This document shows, piece by piece, positions 50,429 to 64,000 of a stretch of DNA of 64,000 nucleotides. Position 1 is the first letter of the stretch, and every line of letters begins with the position of its first letter. This stretch comes from Ptychomitrium polyphyllum (lineage: Eukaryota). The translations under genes were made by a program, and so were the position numbers. The notes under the pieces were generated by a model, which did no database searches, was not told where the DNA came from, and was given only the letters and a program-made list of their open reading frames with translations. The DNA lies in assembly GCA_973851085.1 (NCBI GenBank), contig OZ316776.1:4898001-4962000 (forward strand), in the 5' to 3' direction.

Positions 50429-53400
50429 GATGCATATTAAAAACTTCCATAAACCATGCACAATTCATTTTTTTAATTTATAGATTTGGACATTAAATGA
50501 CCAAATTATATATATTGTATGTATATAATATATATAGAATTTGAGGGGTATCATCAAACAATTGGAGTTGAGTAGACTTAACTCCTTCAATGTAAATGAT
50601 TTGACAAGTGGACTCTCTTTTGCTCCAAAATTTAGGTAAAACTTCTAAAATTTCATGCATCAGCATATTTACAAGGGATGTAGTTTTGGCATCTAATGTC
50701 AATTTTGAATTTTTGATACCTATTTTATGATTTTTTTTGTTTTACTTTTAATGGTACTATAGTAAATTATCTGTTCCATGTGAGTACATGTATTAATGGC
50801 TTGTTTATTTTTAAATTTAGTTTTAGTGGGCTAAAATTCAAAAACATAGCAATTGCTTAGATGGATTTATATCAAGGAATTCACTAGGCTCCACTTCAAG
50901 TAATTTTTTGTAGATGAAAATGCTACCTTGAATCCTACATAATAAAAGTGGATAGTATTTTCTATGGTTAAAAAAGTCTTATTTTGTGTAACTTTAAAGA
51001 AGTTGCAAGTTCAAAATGCTAGGATGAAATTTTAGTCTTTATTCTATCAAATTTAAAAATGTTGTGATAATTTTTTTGAAATAAGAGCTTTCAAAACTTG
51101 AATTTATATCTATACATTAAACTTTGATATTTATATAAATTAATGTTTTTTTTTTGACACAACATAAAATTAGTGTCTACATCTAATATCAATCCCATGT
51201 TTTTTCACTATATGTTATGGCCCTCTTATTTGGAATTTTACCTAAATTTTAAGCTACAATTCAATCAAAGTTCCTTCATGTGATGGAAGGTGACTTGCTT
51301 ACATTAGTCTTGTCCAAAAAATGAATTAAAGTCCAAAAGACAACAAGGAGACACACATATGAATGAATGAAATCATACAAAGTACACGATTCAAGCTTTC
51401 AGAATTGATTTATTTTAAAATATAGTAATTAAAACAGCAACTGTTGTAAAGCATAAGTTCCTGCCAGTGGAGTACATCTGAAGCCAAGAAAGGAGTCAAC
51501 CCGTATGATTAGAGGAAGTGCTTGCACCCACAAAAGTATTTGAGTTGATTCCGCAGCTGCCAGACGAAGCTTGTGAATATGAACAAGCGGGTCCCTTTTG
51601 AGGGGCTGGTCTGAATTAGAAGGTACTGGCTCCTGTACATACCTACATACCTACTCCAGATTCCCAAGTACCGTAACGAAGCCCAACACTCAAAAAAGTA
51701 AAATAATAAAAATATTAGAAGCATTTACAAAAATTAAGGGCTTCCCTTGATCTTTCCTATAATAAGCACAAAGCACCAGCCATATCCTAATAGCTCAAAC
51801 AAGTTAGTCACACACACATCCTACACTTTTAACCCCTTAGGGTCACGGGTCCCCAGAACCTGTGCGGACTTGTATTTGGTAGAATTATTTTGGTTCATAT
51901 GAAATCTTCTGGGAAGTGCTGGTTGTTGATCTTACTATAAGATCCAGTATATTTCTTCATAGTGTTTCTCAAATGGCCAAAACATGGCAGTGATACCAAC
52001 TAACATATTATAAAGTTTGTCCAACTCTAAATGTGGTTTGACTGAACTTCAAGGACATCTGATCAACATGTGAAAGTCCTAATACCTTAGAAATTCATTA
52101 TGACTAATGCGCTTCTAGTGCTGAATCAATTCATGCTTCTTTCAACAATTACAAAGCATTGTGCCCTGATTTGTAGGCCTTGCAAATCAAAGACCTCCAA
52201 AAAAAGATCAAAATCATGCTCCTTTTCCTAAAATATTGGAATCCTTAGAAACACTATACTTGCAGGAATAGAAAATCAGCAAAGAAGGCGTAGAAACACA
52301 TGTACTGAGATATATTGAGAATAATTTTAATACCGAGATCTGAGCATCAAGATATGACTTCATGTGCGAGAGAGAAAAAAGGACCAAGTCCCAGTGTCCT
52401 GTCAAGAGGTACGGCCTTGTTGGATTTTGTGAAGAACAGTGCTATACCTTTAGAGCATCCCTGCTGAAACGTCAGCCCAAACTCAATAGCCAAGTGACAA
52501 CAACAACAGGTTGGCAACTCCTTAAGTCAGGACCTGTCTACTTTCTCAGAACATAGAATCACCAGTATGAACAGACTACCTTCCTGAAACGTAGTAACAA
52601 TCTCAATATTGTTTTGTTCTACTCTAAACTAATAACGTCCTTGCTAATGACATATCTAAGCAATTCAAGGTTGACATTGTCAGAGACCAGTGGCCTACAG
52701 GTGCCTTGGCTGCACCCTCTTCAGCTTTGTGAGTCATGGGCGTCATATGCACCTTAGTCACAAGATCTCTATTTTCCAGGTGCATCTTGCAGATGCGGTG
52801 TAGTTTTGGTAAATGTTAATAGTGCAAAATTGACTCTAGTGTTGTCAAATAAACTTCCTCTACAGATGCTGGAGGTTGAGGTTGATTGTGGTTCTTGTGC
52901 ATCACCAAATGAACTAGCTTGCCTCACAATATTTGCTGATGTCCAAGATGTAGATGAAGGCAACATTAATATAACAACATTGTCCTTAGGTTGATAGAAA
53001 TTAAATTATTATATTTTTGAAAGAAATATCTATCCATGTTCATGTTGTAGAAAGGGTGTTAAAATTCATTGCATTGTCACCATTCATGTTGTATTTACAT
53101 TTGGCTTTAAAAGGAATCACCACCTTTTTGTCAAAGAGCTTCGTCAAGAAAGTCCACATCCATTCATGAACTCTAGTAATGACCAATTTCATTTTAAGAA
53201 TCAAATTCCACAATATTGTTGTTGTAATGTGACATGCATAGTGGTTAAAATATAGGTATTTATATGTTATTTTCTACTCTAATTAAATTAATATCAATAA
53301 AGTGGTGTTTTAGTTTATGTGATAATTGTACCAATTAAGAACTAATTATTAAATTGGTGATTAATAGGACTTGGTTGTAAAGATTATGATACAATCAAAT

Positions 53401-54555
53401 AAAGTAGTAACAATATAAAGAAGAATACTTAAGGTTGGACCAAATTAAAAGGTTTAATGTTAAACCAAATGAAAAGCCTTTTAAATTTTTTTAAAATTGG
53501 TAATGATTTCAATTGAAAAGTTCAAAAGGTATAGAAATGATATAAGGAATTAACAACTGAAGAAGGAAGTAATTTGTGTTGGTGAGCTTTGTTAAGTGAA
53601 TTTTGGAAGTATAAAGATATTTTCCAAGAATTTAGTATGTTGGAGTGTATTTAGAAGGTATTGAGATCCATGACATATATGATTATATTATTTTTTATTT
53701 TAATTATTAAATTGCAAACACTTAGGTTATTTATTTTGAATTACCATACATAAATTAGTGAATCTTCTTCAAATATGATTTTGATAAGGAAATTTTAATG
53801 AGATGTATTAATAATATGTTCAATTTGAAGGCTTAATACTTGCTAAAGGTAGAAACATGAAGTGTTAAAGTAAAAAAAGTTTTGAAACTAAGGTAGTTGA
53901 AAGATGAATTTAAAGAAATTGCTTTCTAGAGAATACAATGGTTGTTGTTAAAAAGCTTTAAATTAAATTTTTTGGGCTCTTAGTTTACATGTATCAATAT
54001 CTTGAATGTATACCTCATATAAATTGAGAAATGTATGCATAAATGCAATCCAAATCTTTAAGTAATATTTGCATTTGAAAATTGATTTAAAAAAAAAAAC
54101 CTACAACAATTTGTCTAAGACACTTTTATAAATAAACTTTGGTATTTATGTTCTTTATGAGTTATGAAATTAGTATGCATGTCGCAATCCTTGCAATGCA
54201 CTTTAAAAAATGTCACGCATGCCAATCCTGTACACCCTTATATGCACATGGTTAACCCCATTTTCACTCCCCAAGTTTTAGACTTGGTTTCCAATTCTTC
54301 CTACTCATTTATCTTAGAACACTCAATTGGTTAATATTATCAATTGATAATATTATCAATGATTTCCACATGATTCCATTATAATTCCAAGCCACTATGG
54401 TGCCGACATGAAGACACTACCTCAACATAGTGACAATTCGTGCATACTCTAGAACTCACTAGTTCTTTTTGTGAAACCGGCCACTCATCGACTCACAAAG
54501 GTGTGGGATTCTCCATGGAGATATCCCAACACTAATTCCACTAAATGGGACTCAC

Positions 54556-55718
54556 TATCGTTTACCTCTCCTTCAAAAGTGCCCGCAATACAAACGGCAC
54601 AAGGAAAATCTCGGAGTGACGTTTGGGATTTGTGGCGCTGATAGTGAGGTGAACTGAGTGGGCTTAACGTGAAAAGGACTTCAAAGGGAAGAAATATCTT
54701 TGCTCATGTAAACTGAGGGCCACGAGGATGAAATTGTAGGCATTAGAGGACTCACAACAAGTTGATTCTAAAATGCTAAAAATTGTTCAAATTGGACAAA
54801 GGAGCTAAAAGATATGGCACCCCAAAGTTGAGGTTGCCAAAGGCTGTTCTGGACTATGGCAGCCCTAGACTACGACAGTGCTAGACTGGGACAATGCAAG
54901 GAGAGACTCTCCGGGAGTCTTGAACCTTGGGAGAGGCATATCTCCCAAAATATTAAGTCAAATTGGACGTTTGAGGAATCTATCGATATCTGCGCAAAGA
55001 ATAGATGACGATGGAGTAGTTGTTTGATAGATTTAGAGACCAAACATAGAAGATATGGCTCCCTGAAGGTCCGCAGGAAGTCCCAGAGGCTTCCAGCCGC
55101 TAAATCCCAAGGGAGATCGAGTGGTCTTCCAAAGTTTTTGGTGTGTCGGGGTTCAGCCAGCTACAGAGGACCAGGGAACCTACTAAACTCCACATAGAAT
55201 ACTATGGGGGAAGGCTGGTCCCCCTCCCCACTTCCCTAATGTCTTGGTAGGAGTCAATGATGAGTTCCAATTGGTGGAGCTAGTATTGGGGCTTCACTAT
55301 AGGGACTTCCACACCATTGTGAGTTGATGGGTGACCGGTTTCACAAAAAGAACTAGTGAGATCAAAATGGTATGCTCGTTATCACTAAGTTGGGATGGTG
55401 TCTTTACGCCGACACTATAGTGACCCGAGGTGATCTTAGAATCACATGGGAATCATGTGTGGTGGTGAAGCGACACCACTAAGTACGGTTAGGCCGTGTG
55501 GAATGGAAGTAACACCAAATGAGGCTTTAGACATGAATGGAAGTCCGCACCTAACCATTGGCTATCAATCAATTGGGTGTCTTAAGAAAAATGGTAGAGA
55601 GAATTAGAAACCAAGCCTAGGACTTGGAGAGTAAATATAGAGGTTAACCATGTGCATGTGGAGGTATACATGGTTGACGTATGTGACGTTATTAAGGTGC
55701 ATTACGAGGGTTGCTACA
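54556..55718 (+). mobile_element. Solo LTR (family B), inverted relative to its family-B host
   Basis: Reverse complement of 59062-60205 along its length; TSD ctcac/ttcac. Confidence 0.9.
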
Positions 55719-56246
55719 TTCACCCTTGGTTACTACCAAGACACTATGAGAGTGATGAAGAATACCATCTTTCCTTATAGTACTCTTTGTAGAATTTGGC
55801 AAGCGCCTTGACCCTTTATAGTTGGCAAAACCTCGATACACCAAAAATTTTGGAAGACCACCCAATCTGCCTTGAAACTTAGTTGTTGGGAGCTACCAAA
55901 ACTTCTTGCGGACCTTTAAAATCCCATATCATCCACGGCCGGTCTTTGAATCTATCAAGCAACCAGTTTATCGTCATCTACTCTTTATGTAGATGCCAAT
56001 AGACTTCTTAAACGTCCAATTTGATTTAGTTTTTAGGAAGATATGCCTCTCTCAAGTTATTATTCTCCCAGATAGTTTCTCTCTACACTGTTCCAGTCTA
56101 GCACAGTCACAGTGCAAGACTGCCACAGTCCAGAACAGCTCTTGCGCAACCTCAAATTTAGAAGTCCATAACTTTTAGTTCCTTTGTCTAATTAAGCAAT
56201 CTTTAGCACTCTAGAATCAATTCGTTGTGAGGCATTTAATGCCTAT

Positions 56247-56850
56247 TGTCACGGGCATCGGTCATGTAATACACTCTTTAGAACCTTCTAGAACCTTCTA
56301 GTATATTATACTCATTTTTTCAAATACTTTCAAATGTCTTCTTAGTTGTTTGTACGTTTTTAGGAAATTTTCTAAAAAAGTTCCACTACCTTCGGAAATT
56401 TCCTAGGAATGTTCCATCTTTTCAAAAAACGTCTTAGGTAAATTTTATCACCTCAAAAAACTTCCTAGGAAGATTCCATCACCTCAAGAAACTTCCTAGG
56501 AAGGTTTTAGTTCTTTAGGAAACTTTCTAAGAAGGTTCCACCACCTTAGGAAATTTCCAAGGAAGGTTCCAATATCTTAAGAAACTTCTTGAGAATGTTC
56601 TATAGACTTTTAGAACATTCCTAAGCTTTGTAGGAAACTTTTTTAGAAGTATCCTAGGAGATGCAAGTGTCATAGTATAAATAGGAGGCAAGACAAGGTA
56701 TTCTTTAGTCTTGCCAACACAAGTTGTTGATCATATTGTGTCCTGCCTTGTTTTAATCTTTGTATCAAGTTCTTGTTAATCATTAGCTCTTTGGAATCTA
56801 ATTCTTAGAAAATACTTTATATTTGCTTCTTGTTTCTTGTATCCCTAATA
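56247..56850 (+). mobile_element. Solo LTR (family A), 604 bp, nested in the family-B LTR
   Basis: TGTCACGG...CCCTAATA termini, family-A repeat array; TSD cctat/cctac. Confidence 0.92.
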
Positions 56851-57587
56851 CCTACGACTTCTCCCTTGTGGCTAGTAGTTTTTGTGGCAAGAATGTTCTT
56901 TTTCCTTGAGATCCTTTTCCACACTAGGTCCACTTGGGTCACTTCACCTTTGGCACTACAAGTCTCGGACGTCACTCCAAGATCCCCCTTGTGCCTTTAA
57001 TGTTGCGGACACTTCTCAAAGAGAGGTGCACGACAATACAAGGTTTGAAAATAAAAATATGAGTAAGTTATAATTAATATGGAATGAAGTCTATTGGATC
57101 AAAGTTGAAGCATTCAACTAGCATGAAGATTTAAGCTTATATGAAAGAGTGTAAATAAAAAAATAGATTCTTAATTTATCACAAGAAAAAGCCTTATGCA
57201 TACTAGACAAAGTTTAAATTTTTTAACACTGCCTACTTCATTGTATATTCTTTGTAAATCATTTGACTCCAACATGCCAAAATGATGTTTATTCAATTGT
57301 ATCTTTTGTATTCTTAAGACACATACTATGTTAAAATTTAAAATATAGAAGTATGTAAAATTTTGACCAAGCCAAATTTGCATTGACTATAATTTAGAAG
57401 TAGCATTGCAAAATCAGTCATTTTTTTAACATTGTCACATGAAGAATACATCATTTAAAATCAATTCAAACAATTTCCAATCAAAGAATCTTCATATATT
57501 TTAGGTGCACCTAGCACCTAGCACTTCCTTCCATAGCACCTAGTACCTAGCACCTCCTTCCATACACTACAAGGCATTGATAGCCCT

Positions 57588-57673
57588 AGAAGCGGTTGTC
57601 ACAGAAGAGGTTGTCACAGAAGAGGTTGTCCCAGAAGAGGTTGTCACAGACGAGGTTGTCCCAGAAGAGGTTG
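57588..57673. repeat. 15-bp minisatellite (agaagaggttgtcac), about 5.7 copies
   Basis: Directly visible; preceded by gcaccta 7-mers and a short duplication at about 57507-57565. Confidence 0.9.
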
Positions 57674-59061
57674 CTGAGATTGGAACTCTCCTTCATTGGA
57701 GGCGTATGGAATTAAAAAGCAGGATTGGCAACTTATGAAATTCCATTGTTGAAACTAATGAGAAACTCACCAATCAACCTGGCTACCAAGTCTCTATGAC
57801 CTAAGAACTCCTTCTTTTCTACTTGTTCACATTGGAAGAAGAATTGGTAGAATTTTTTTTCTTGTATTTTGCTTTTTGTCCACCTATGCTCACAATAAAT
57901 GAGGTTCTTTTTAAACCTTTTCACCATTTTGTCATCACTACAAAGAATATTCTATTAGTTACTTAAATATTAATTTCTAAACATGATAGACGTGATAGTT
58001 GAATATAACATTTTCAAAAAATCCTGCAATAGAAATATGTCCAAATTAATGCTTAGCACATATTGTGGAGTGTAATATATTGAGGGATGTGATTAAATTC
58101 CATAATCAGATGCAAATTTCTATAAAAATTTCAAACACTCAAAATTTTTATTTATTATTTTAGATTCAAAAGTAAGATATTCCAATTGCTAAAGAATATC
58201 ATATAAAAAAGTCCTTCTAAACAATCTTCATTTTTTCTTTTTTTTATGTTTTTCACTTAATTTCTAATATCCTTTTTGTTTTAAATTTGGATGCTATAGT
58301 ACCTTGATATGGATGAATAGTTCATAGTTTCATTATAAGCAATAAGCTTAGAGCTTTATTTGAAGGTGTGTGATTCATACAGAGATTTGTAGAATAATGA
58401 TAAAGCATTACTTTGGATGTTCAAACAACTTACATTAGACTTTTTTTTGCTTAATTAAACTTTTACAAAATGATTGAAATCTTTATACAATGAATCAAAT
58501 AACATTCAAATTTATGTATTCACCAAAATTACAAATTTTGTTCTTAATACACAAATTTTGAAACAAATGGCTAAAATTAGGTATCTTATTATAAATACTA
58601 TTATTAAAATTTACAAAAGATAATCACTTTTTGAAATAATAAACTATAAAATACTCAAATAGCATTGAATTGTTTCACTTAAAAAAAATTCCTTTAGGTG
58701 GTTTTTAAATTGAATTGACAAATTTTGAATTGGATTGGAAAATAAAACATAAGTTCATATCAAATCATGTTTATTATTTTATTTTTTGAAATCCTTAATA
58801 TATCATTAAAAATGGGCAACAATCTTCAATGATTACTATGTTGATTAAAAGTTAAAAGAAGTTTATCAATGAATCTATTAAAACTTGCTTTTCAAAACAA
58901 ACTTTCAAATACATGTATTATTAACACAATAGTGTAGATTTTTTTCAATTGCCTATTTTCACCCTCTTATTTTTTTAGATCTTACTTATGTAAAATTTAT
59001 ATTTCATAGTAGTAAAATTAATCTAGTTTTTCTTAAACTTTAGCATTAAGAAATCCTTTAC

Positions 59062-60205
59062 TATCGCAACCCTTGTAATGCACCTTCGCAAGTGTCACGC
59101 GCGTCAACCTTGTACACCCCCACATGCACATGGTTAACCCCCATTCTCATTCTCCAAGACTTTCTACCATTTCTCTTAGGACACCCAATTGATTGGTAGC
59201 CAATGGTTAGGTGTGGACTTCCATTCATGTCCAAGGCCTCATTTGGTGTTACTTCCATTCCACACGGCCTAACCGCACTTAGTGGTGTCTCCTCACTACC
59301 ACTCATGATCCCCATGTGATTATAAAATCACCCCGAGCCATCATGGTGCCGACGTGAAGACACCACCCCAACTTAGTGGTAACAAGCGTACCCTTTTGAA
59401 TGTGCTAGTTTCCTCCGTGAAACCGGCCGTCCACCGGCTCACAATGGTGTGAGAGTCCCCATGGTGAAGCCCCAACACTAGCTCCACTAATCGGGATTCA
59501 TCCTTGGTTCCTACCAAGACACTAGAGGAGTGGGGAGGGGGACCAGCCCTTCCCTAAAGTACTTTCTATGGGATTTGGCAGGCCCCCTGGCCCTCTGTAG
59601 CTGGCTGAACCTCGACACACCCAAAGTTTTGGAAGACCACCCGATCTCCCTTGGGACTTAGCCGCTAGAAGCCTCCGGAACTTCCTGCGGACCTTCAGGG
59701 AGCCATATCTTCCTTGTTTTGTACCTCAATGTATCAAGCAACCACTCTATCGTCATTTATTCTTTGCGTAGATGCCGATAGACTCCTTAAACGTCCGATT
59801 TGAGTTAATATTCTAGGAGATATGCCTCTCCCAAGGTTTGGAACACCCGGGGAGTCCCTCCTTGGACTGTCCCACTCCAATATAGTCACTGTGTAGGGCT
59901 GCCACAGTCCAAAACAGCCCCTTGGCAACCCCAATTTTGGGATGCCATAACTTTTAGCTCCCTTGTCCGATTTGAGCAATCTTTAGCATTCTAAAATCAG
60001 CTCTTTGTGATTCCTTCAATGTCCACAAATTATCCTTCGTGGCCCTCGATCTACATGGGCAAGGATGTTTCTGCCCTTCGGGGTCCTTCCCACGCTAGGC
60101 CCACTTGGTTCCCTCACTATTGGCGCCACAAGTCCCGGACGTCACTCCGGGGTCCCCCTTGTGCTCTTAGTGTTGCGAGCACTCTTCAAGGAAAATTGCG
60201 CAACA
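59062..60205 (-). repeat. 3' LTR of family-B element (1144 bp); PPT GGTGGAGGTGAG at 60217-60206
   Basis: On the minus strand it starts TGTTGCG right after a purine tract and ends TTGCGATA. Homologous to the solo LTRs at 54-57 kb. Confidence 0.88.
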
Positions 60206-60993
60206 CTCACCTCCACCTTAATAGAGTCGATGCCTTCATCTATTGTACTTGTAGTCGGCTCACCAATTCCAAGGTTGCCATCCTCTAATGGTGCAGCATT
60301 GTATTTTATCCAGGGTGCGACTCCCACAATGCACTCATGAGTCTTTGGCAAAGTCTCAAAGGTGTCGTTTAGGAGGTGGTCTGTTTAGGCACCCTAGACA
60401 AAATTCTTGGGGCCCTAAACTAATCTAGACCTACCTAATTTGAAATCTTCTTGGAATAAATTCCCCCGTTAGGCTACACTTCCCTAACTCTACCTTCTTA
60501 ACTAGGGTGAACCTCGATGCTTCACCAAGTTGTCTTGGTTGCAAACCCAAGGTGGCTCTTACTCCACGACTCGATTGCACTGGAATAATGCCAAGTTCCG
60601 CCCAACCTGAATCCTACTATCTCTATTGAGACATGGCTTCATGACTCCTATGCACTAACTCTTATTAGTTTGTAGGAGTGGTGCTTTTATGAGCATGCGC
60701 CATTACCTTGTCCTCGCCCGGACAAGCCCAAGGCGAGGAGGTTTCATGGTTTTAGACATTCCTCCTCCTAGCCTTGGTCCCCATTACTCGGCCTTCCCAA
60801 CTTGGTTTCACATGTCTATTCTCCTTCTTCTACCAACTTAGCACAAGCACAAGACTAGGACGTCATCTTATACTCTTCTCTTTGCACACACAAAAGTTGA
60901 ACTTTATTGGCATAAATCAAAGAACCAATACATGATGTGAGAAGTTATTGCTATAAGCCTCTCTCCCCCTACTAAAAGAGATTGATGTCCTCA

Positions 60994-63992
60994 TCAATGC
61001 CGACGTTGTCTTTTGTTGAAGTTCCTCTCTCTTTCAAAGCGTTCCACCACTTCATTGGCATTTCCAAAGTACTTAGCTGCTACCTAAGTTGCTTCCTTTT
61101 CATGGTACCCTCTCTACTTCACCAAATACTCTTCTCCTATTTTCTTTTGGTGCCTACACTTGAGAATTCCTTCTACTTTGTATTCCAAGTGGTCGCCCAC
61201 CAATTCCGGCGGTGGCCAAATCACTTGTTTGCAATTGGGCCACAAGGTATCTATTCTGAATGGCTTAAGGAGTGAGACATGAAATGTTGGGTGCACTTTG
61301 ATTTTGGATGGTAGCTCCAACTTGTACACATCTTTAAACACCCGCTCCACAATGGAAAACGGCCCCGCAAACTTGGACATGAACTTTGGAGTGAGGCCTT
61401 CAGGCAAGCTAAGTTCTTCACATTCAACAACACCTTTTGGCCTACTTCATACTCCACTTCACGTCTTCTGGCATTGACTTGTTACTTGTACCGCTTTTGT
61501 GCCTTTTCCAACAAAAGCTTGATCTTCTCCAATATTTATTCCCGCTTTTTGGCCAAGTCCTCACCATCTTGGTTAAACTCTAGTGTTGAATGTGCCCCTT
61601 CAAGAGCTAAGTCGGCAGGTTGGAGTGGCTCCACTCCATAGGCCACCTTAAATGGCGACTGCTTTGTCGCCAAATGGTTGGCCGCATTGTAACTGGACTC
61701 CACTAGGCTCACATAATCCACCCAATTGTACTGGTCCGCACTCACAAAGTTCCTCAAGTATTGGTTCAAGACTCCGTTCACTTGTTCCGTTTGCCCATCC
61801 GTTTGAGGATGGAAGGCAGTGCTAAACGTCAATTTGGTTCTAACTTTCCTAAAGAAATGTTTTCAAAAAGCACTAGTGAATTTTGGATCTCGGTCGGACA
61901 CAATTACTCTTGGCTACCCGTGATGTTTCCACCATGCATCAAGGAATAGCTTTGCGGTCTTATGTACAGTTATGCTTCCTCTAATTGGCACCATGTGCGC
62001 CAACTTGCTAAAGCGATCTACCATCACAAAGATGGCATCATGCCCTTGCGATTCCAAAAGACTTGTGATAAAGTCCATGGACACGCTATGCTATAGACCC
62101 GACGGAGTTGGCAAAGGTTGTAGTAGACTGGCTTGCTTTTGGTAAGAGGCTCTATTGAGTTGGCACTTCATACAAGTTTTCACAAAGTCGGTGATGTCCG
62201 CTTTTATGCCCAACCAATAGTACCTTCTTGACATCGCTGCTATGGTGGTTTTTTCCCTTCTATGGCCGGCTATGGGACTATCATGTTCTTCTTTCAAAAC
62301 CAACAACCGTAGTATTCCATGAGGCACATACATCCGACTTTGTTTGTACTTGAGCAATCCCTTCTCCAACTTAATTTCCTTAAGTTTCTTATCCTTCTTA
62401 AGCTCATCGAGAAGCCTTTGTGCTTCGGAGTCCTCAATGTACCCCTCCCTTATCTTCATTTCCAAATTGCCTTCTCCCTTGTACATTACTTGCTAGACTT
62501 GGGTTGTGTCCATCGCTTGCAACTCCTCCCGCCTACTTAGAGCATCCGGCACTACATTGTCATGCCCCGGCTTATGAATCAAATCCACATTCATGAGTCC
62601 CAAGGTGTCGTGCCACCTCAATTGTTTTGCACTCATTTGTGCCTGCGACTCAAAGTACTTCAAGGACACGTTGTCCGTGTAGACTTTGGTTTTATGTAGG
62701 CCCAAGTAGTGCCGCCATGTTTTCAAATAATGCACTATGGCAAAGAGTTCTTTCTCGTGCGTGGGCCACCTCTTTTGGCACCCATCCAACTTCTTGCTCT
62801 CATAGGCAATTGGCATGCCTTCTTGCATGAGCACTCCGCCAATGGCAAAGTCACTTGCATTCGTATGGACCTCAAAGGGCTTTTCAAACTCGGGAAACTT
62901 CAATACCGGCGGTTGTGACAACTTGTCCTTGAATTCCTTAAAAGCTTGCTAATAAAATTCATCCCATATTTGGCTAGCTCCTTTCTTCAACAAGTCGGAC
63001 AAAGGTCTAGCAATTTTGGAGAAGTTGCGTATGAACCTCTTATAATAATTTGCTAGGCCAAGAAATGATCTGAGCTCCTTTTGTATAGAAGGTTGTTTCT
63101 ACTCTCTAATTGCCTTTATCTTCCTTATGTCCGGCTTGATTCCATCATCCGTCACTATATGGCCCATGAACTCAATCTCAAGTTGAGCAAACTCATTCTT
63201 TTCTCCGTTGGCATAAAGCTTGTGGTCCCTAAGTTTTTGAAGCACCACTTCAAGGTGCCTTGCATGTTCTTCCACTGACTTGGAGTACACCAAGATGTCA
63301 TCAATGTAGACAATGACAAAGTCATCCATCTCTTCTCAAAAGATGGTATTCATGAGGTTCGTGAACGTCGAAGGAGCATTACACAACCCAAATGGCATCA
63401 CCAAAAATTCATAAGACCCATACTTAGTGCGGCATGCGGTCTTTAGCACATCTTCATCCGCAATGCGGATTTGATAATAGCCCGACTTCAAGTCTATCCG
63501 ACTAAAGTATTTAGCTCCCGCCAATCTATTAAAGAGGTTTTCAATCCAACGCAAAGGATAGTTGTTCTTGGTAGTGGCTTTATTCAAGGCTCTATAGTCA
63601 ACACACATGCAGAGCTTGCCATCCTTTTTGTCCACGAAGAGGACTGGAGCTCCATATGGCGACTTACTTGGCCTAAGATAGCTTCTTTCCAACAAGTCAT
63701 TCAATTGCTTCTTCAATTCTTCTAGCTCTTTTTGATTCAATTGGTATGGAGCCTTTGAAAGGGGCTCCATTCTCGATATCACTTCAATTTTGTGATCCAC
63801 TTCTCTTCTTGGCGGTAACTCTGCGGATAGTTCATTGGTGAATACATCCTTGTAACTATTTAGTACATTTTGAATGCACTTGGGAATAGCCCTAATCTCC
63901 TTGGCACTTGGCCTATTCCCCTCTTCTTGCTCCATTTGCATCACAACCACGAATTGATTATTCTCTAATTGTTCTAAGGAGACTAAGTTCAA
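60994..63992 (-). pseudogene. pol of family-B element with multiple stops and frameshifts
   Basis: ORF fragments 63336-63992, 63099-63329, 62493-62921, 62091-62486, 61536-61832, 61251-61457 and 61114-61407 are collinear RT-RH-INT-chromodomain pieces. Confidence 0.92.
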
Positions 63993-64000
63993 CTTTCCTC

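Larger units (their letters stand above)
54180..57035 (-). mobile_element. Solo LTR (family B) carrying two nested solo LTRs
   Basis: Segments 54180-54555, 55724-56246 and 56856-57035 are collinear with LTR 59062-60205. Termini TGTCG...CGACA; TSD atgca/ataca. Confidence 0.88.
59062..64000 (-). mobile_element. Ty3/gypsy chromovirus (family B, possibly Galadriel-like), 3' portion, truncated by the window edge
   Basis: Minus-strand RT ([15 protein letters not shown]), RNase H (FEVHTNASDFAIGGVL), integrase (AGH, HPQTDGQTE), GPF motif and chromodomain (YKVEGILK..EYLVK*RGY), followed by PPT and LTR. Clade is an inference. Confidence 0.92.

Noticed and set aside
49950..53000. Scattered coding-like patches (49970-50209, 51500-51700, 52340-53000)
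   Set aside because: Could not be assembled into a phase-consistent gene or assigned to a family.

Overview
Eukaryotic, intron-containing plant DNA. The gene set and retroelement types suggest a moss of the Physcomitrium/Funariaceae type (inference). Host genes: a divergent ARF GTPase (+, 958-1974), two beta-expansins (+, 20570-21405 with a 1-nt frameshift; +, 32171-33160 intact), tRNA-Gly(GCC) (-), GET3/ASNA1 (-, 38123-39587) and an ABI3-like B3 transcription factor (-, 41079-44230). There is also an unidentified 8-exon pseudogene (-, 34163-36049) with an antisense ABCB fragment inside it. Much of the rest is nested Ty3/gypsy material. An old element (~3.1-18.2 kb) has an integrase frame ending in a PHD finger. 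Its RT is interrupted by an inverted LTR-in-LTR pair and by a full-length Tcn1-like chromovirus (8939-15484). That chromovirus has a Tf1-type self-priming PBS, a -1 frameshift/pseudoknot signal and an extra 3' ORF. Also present: a solo LTR at 36.2 kb, a triple-nested solo-LTR stack at 54.2-57.0 kb and a second chromovirus running off the right edge. All coordinates, translations and splice models were read by eye; no database searches were run.
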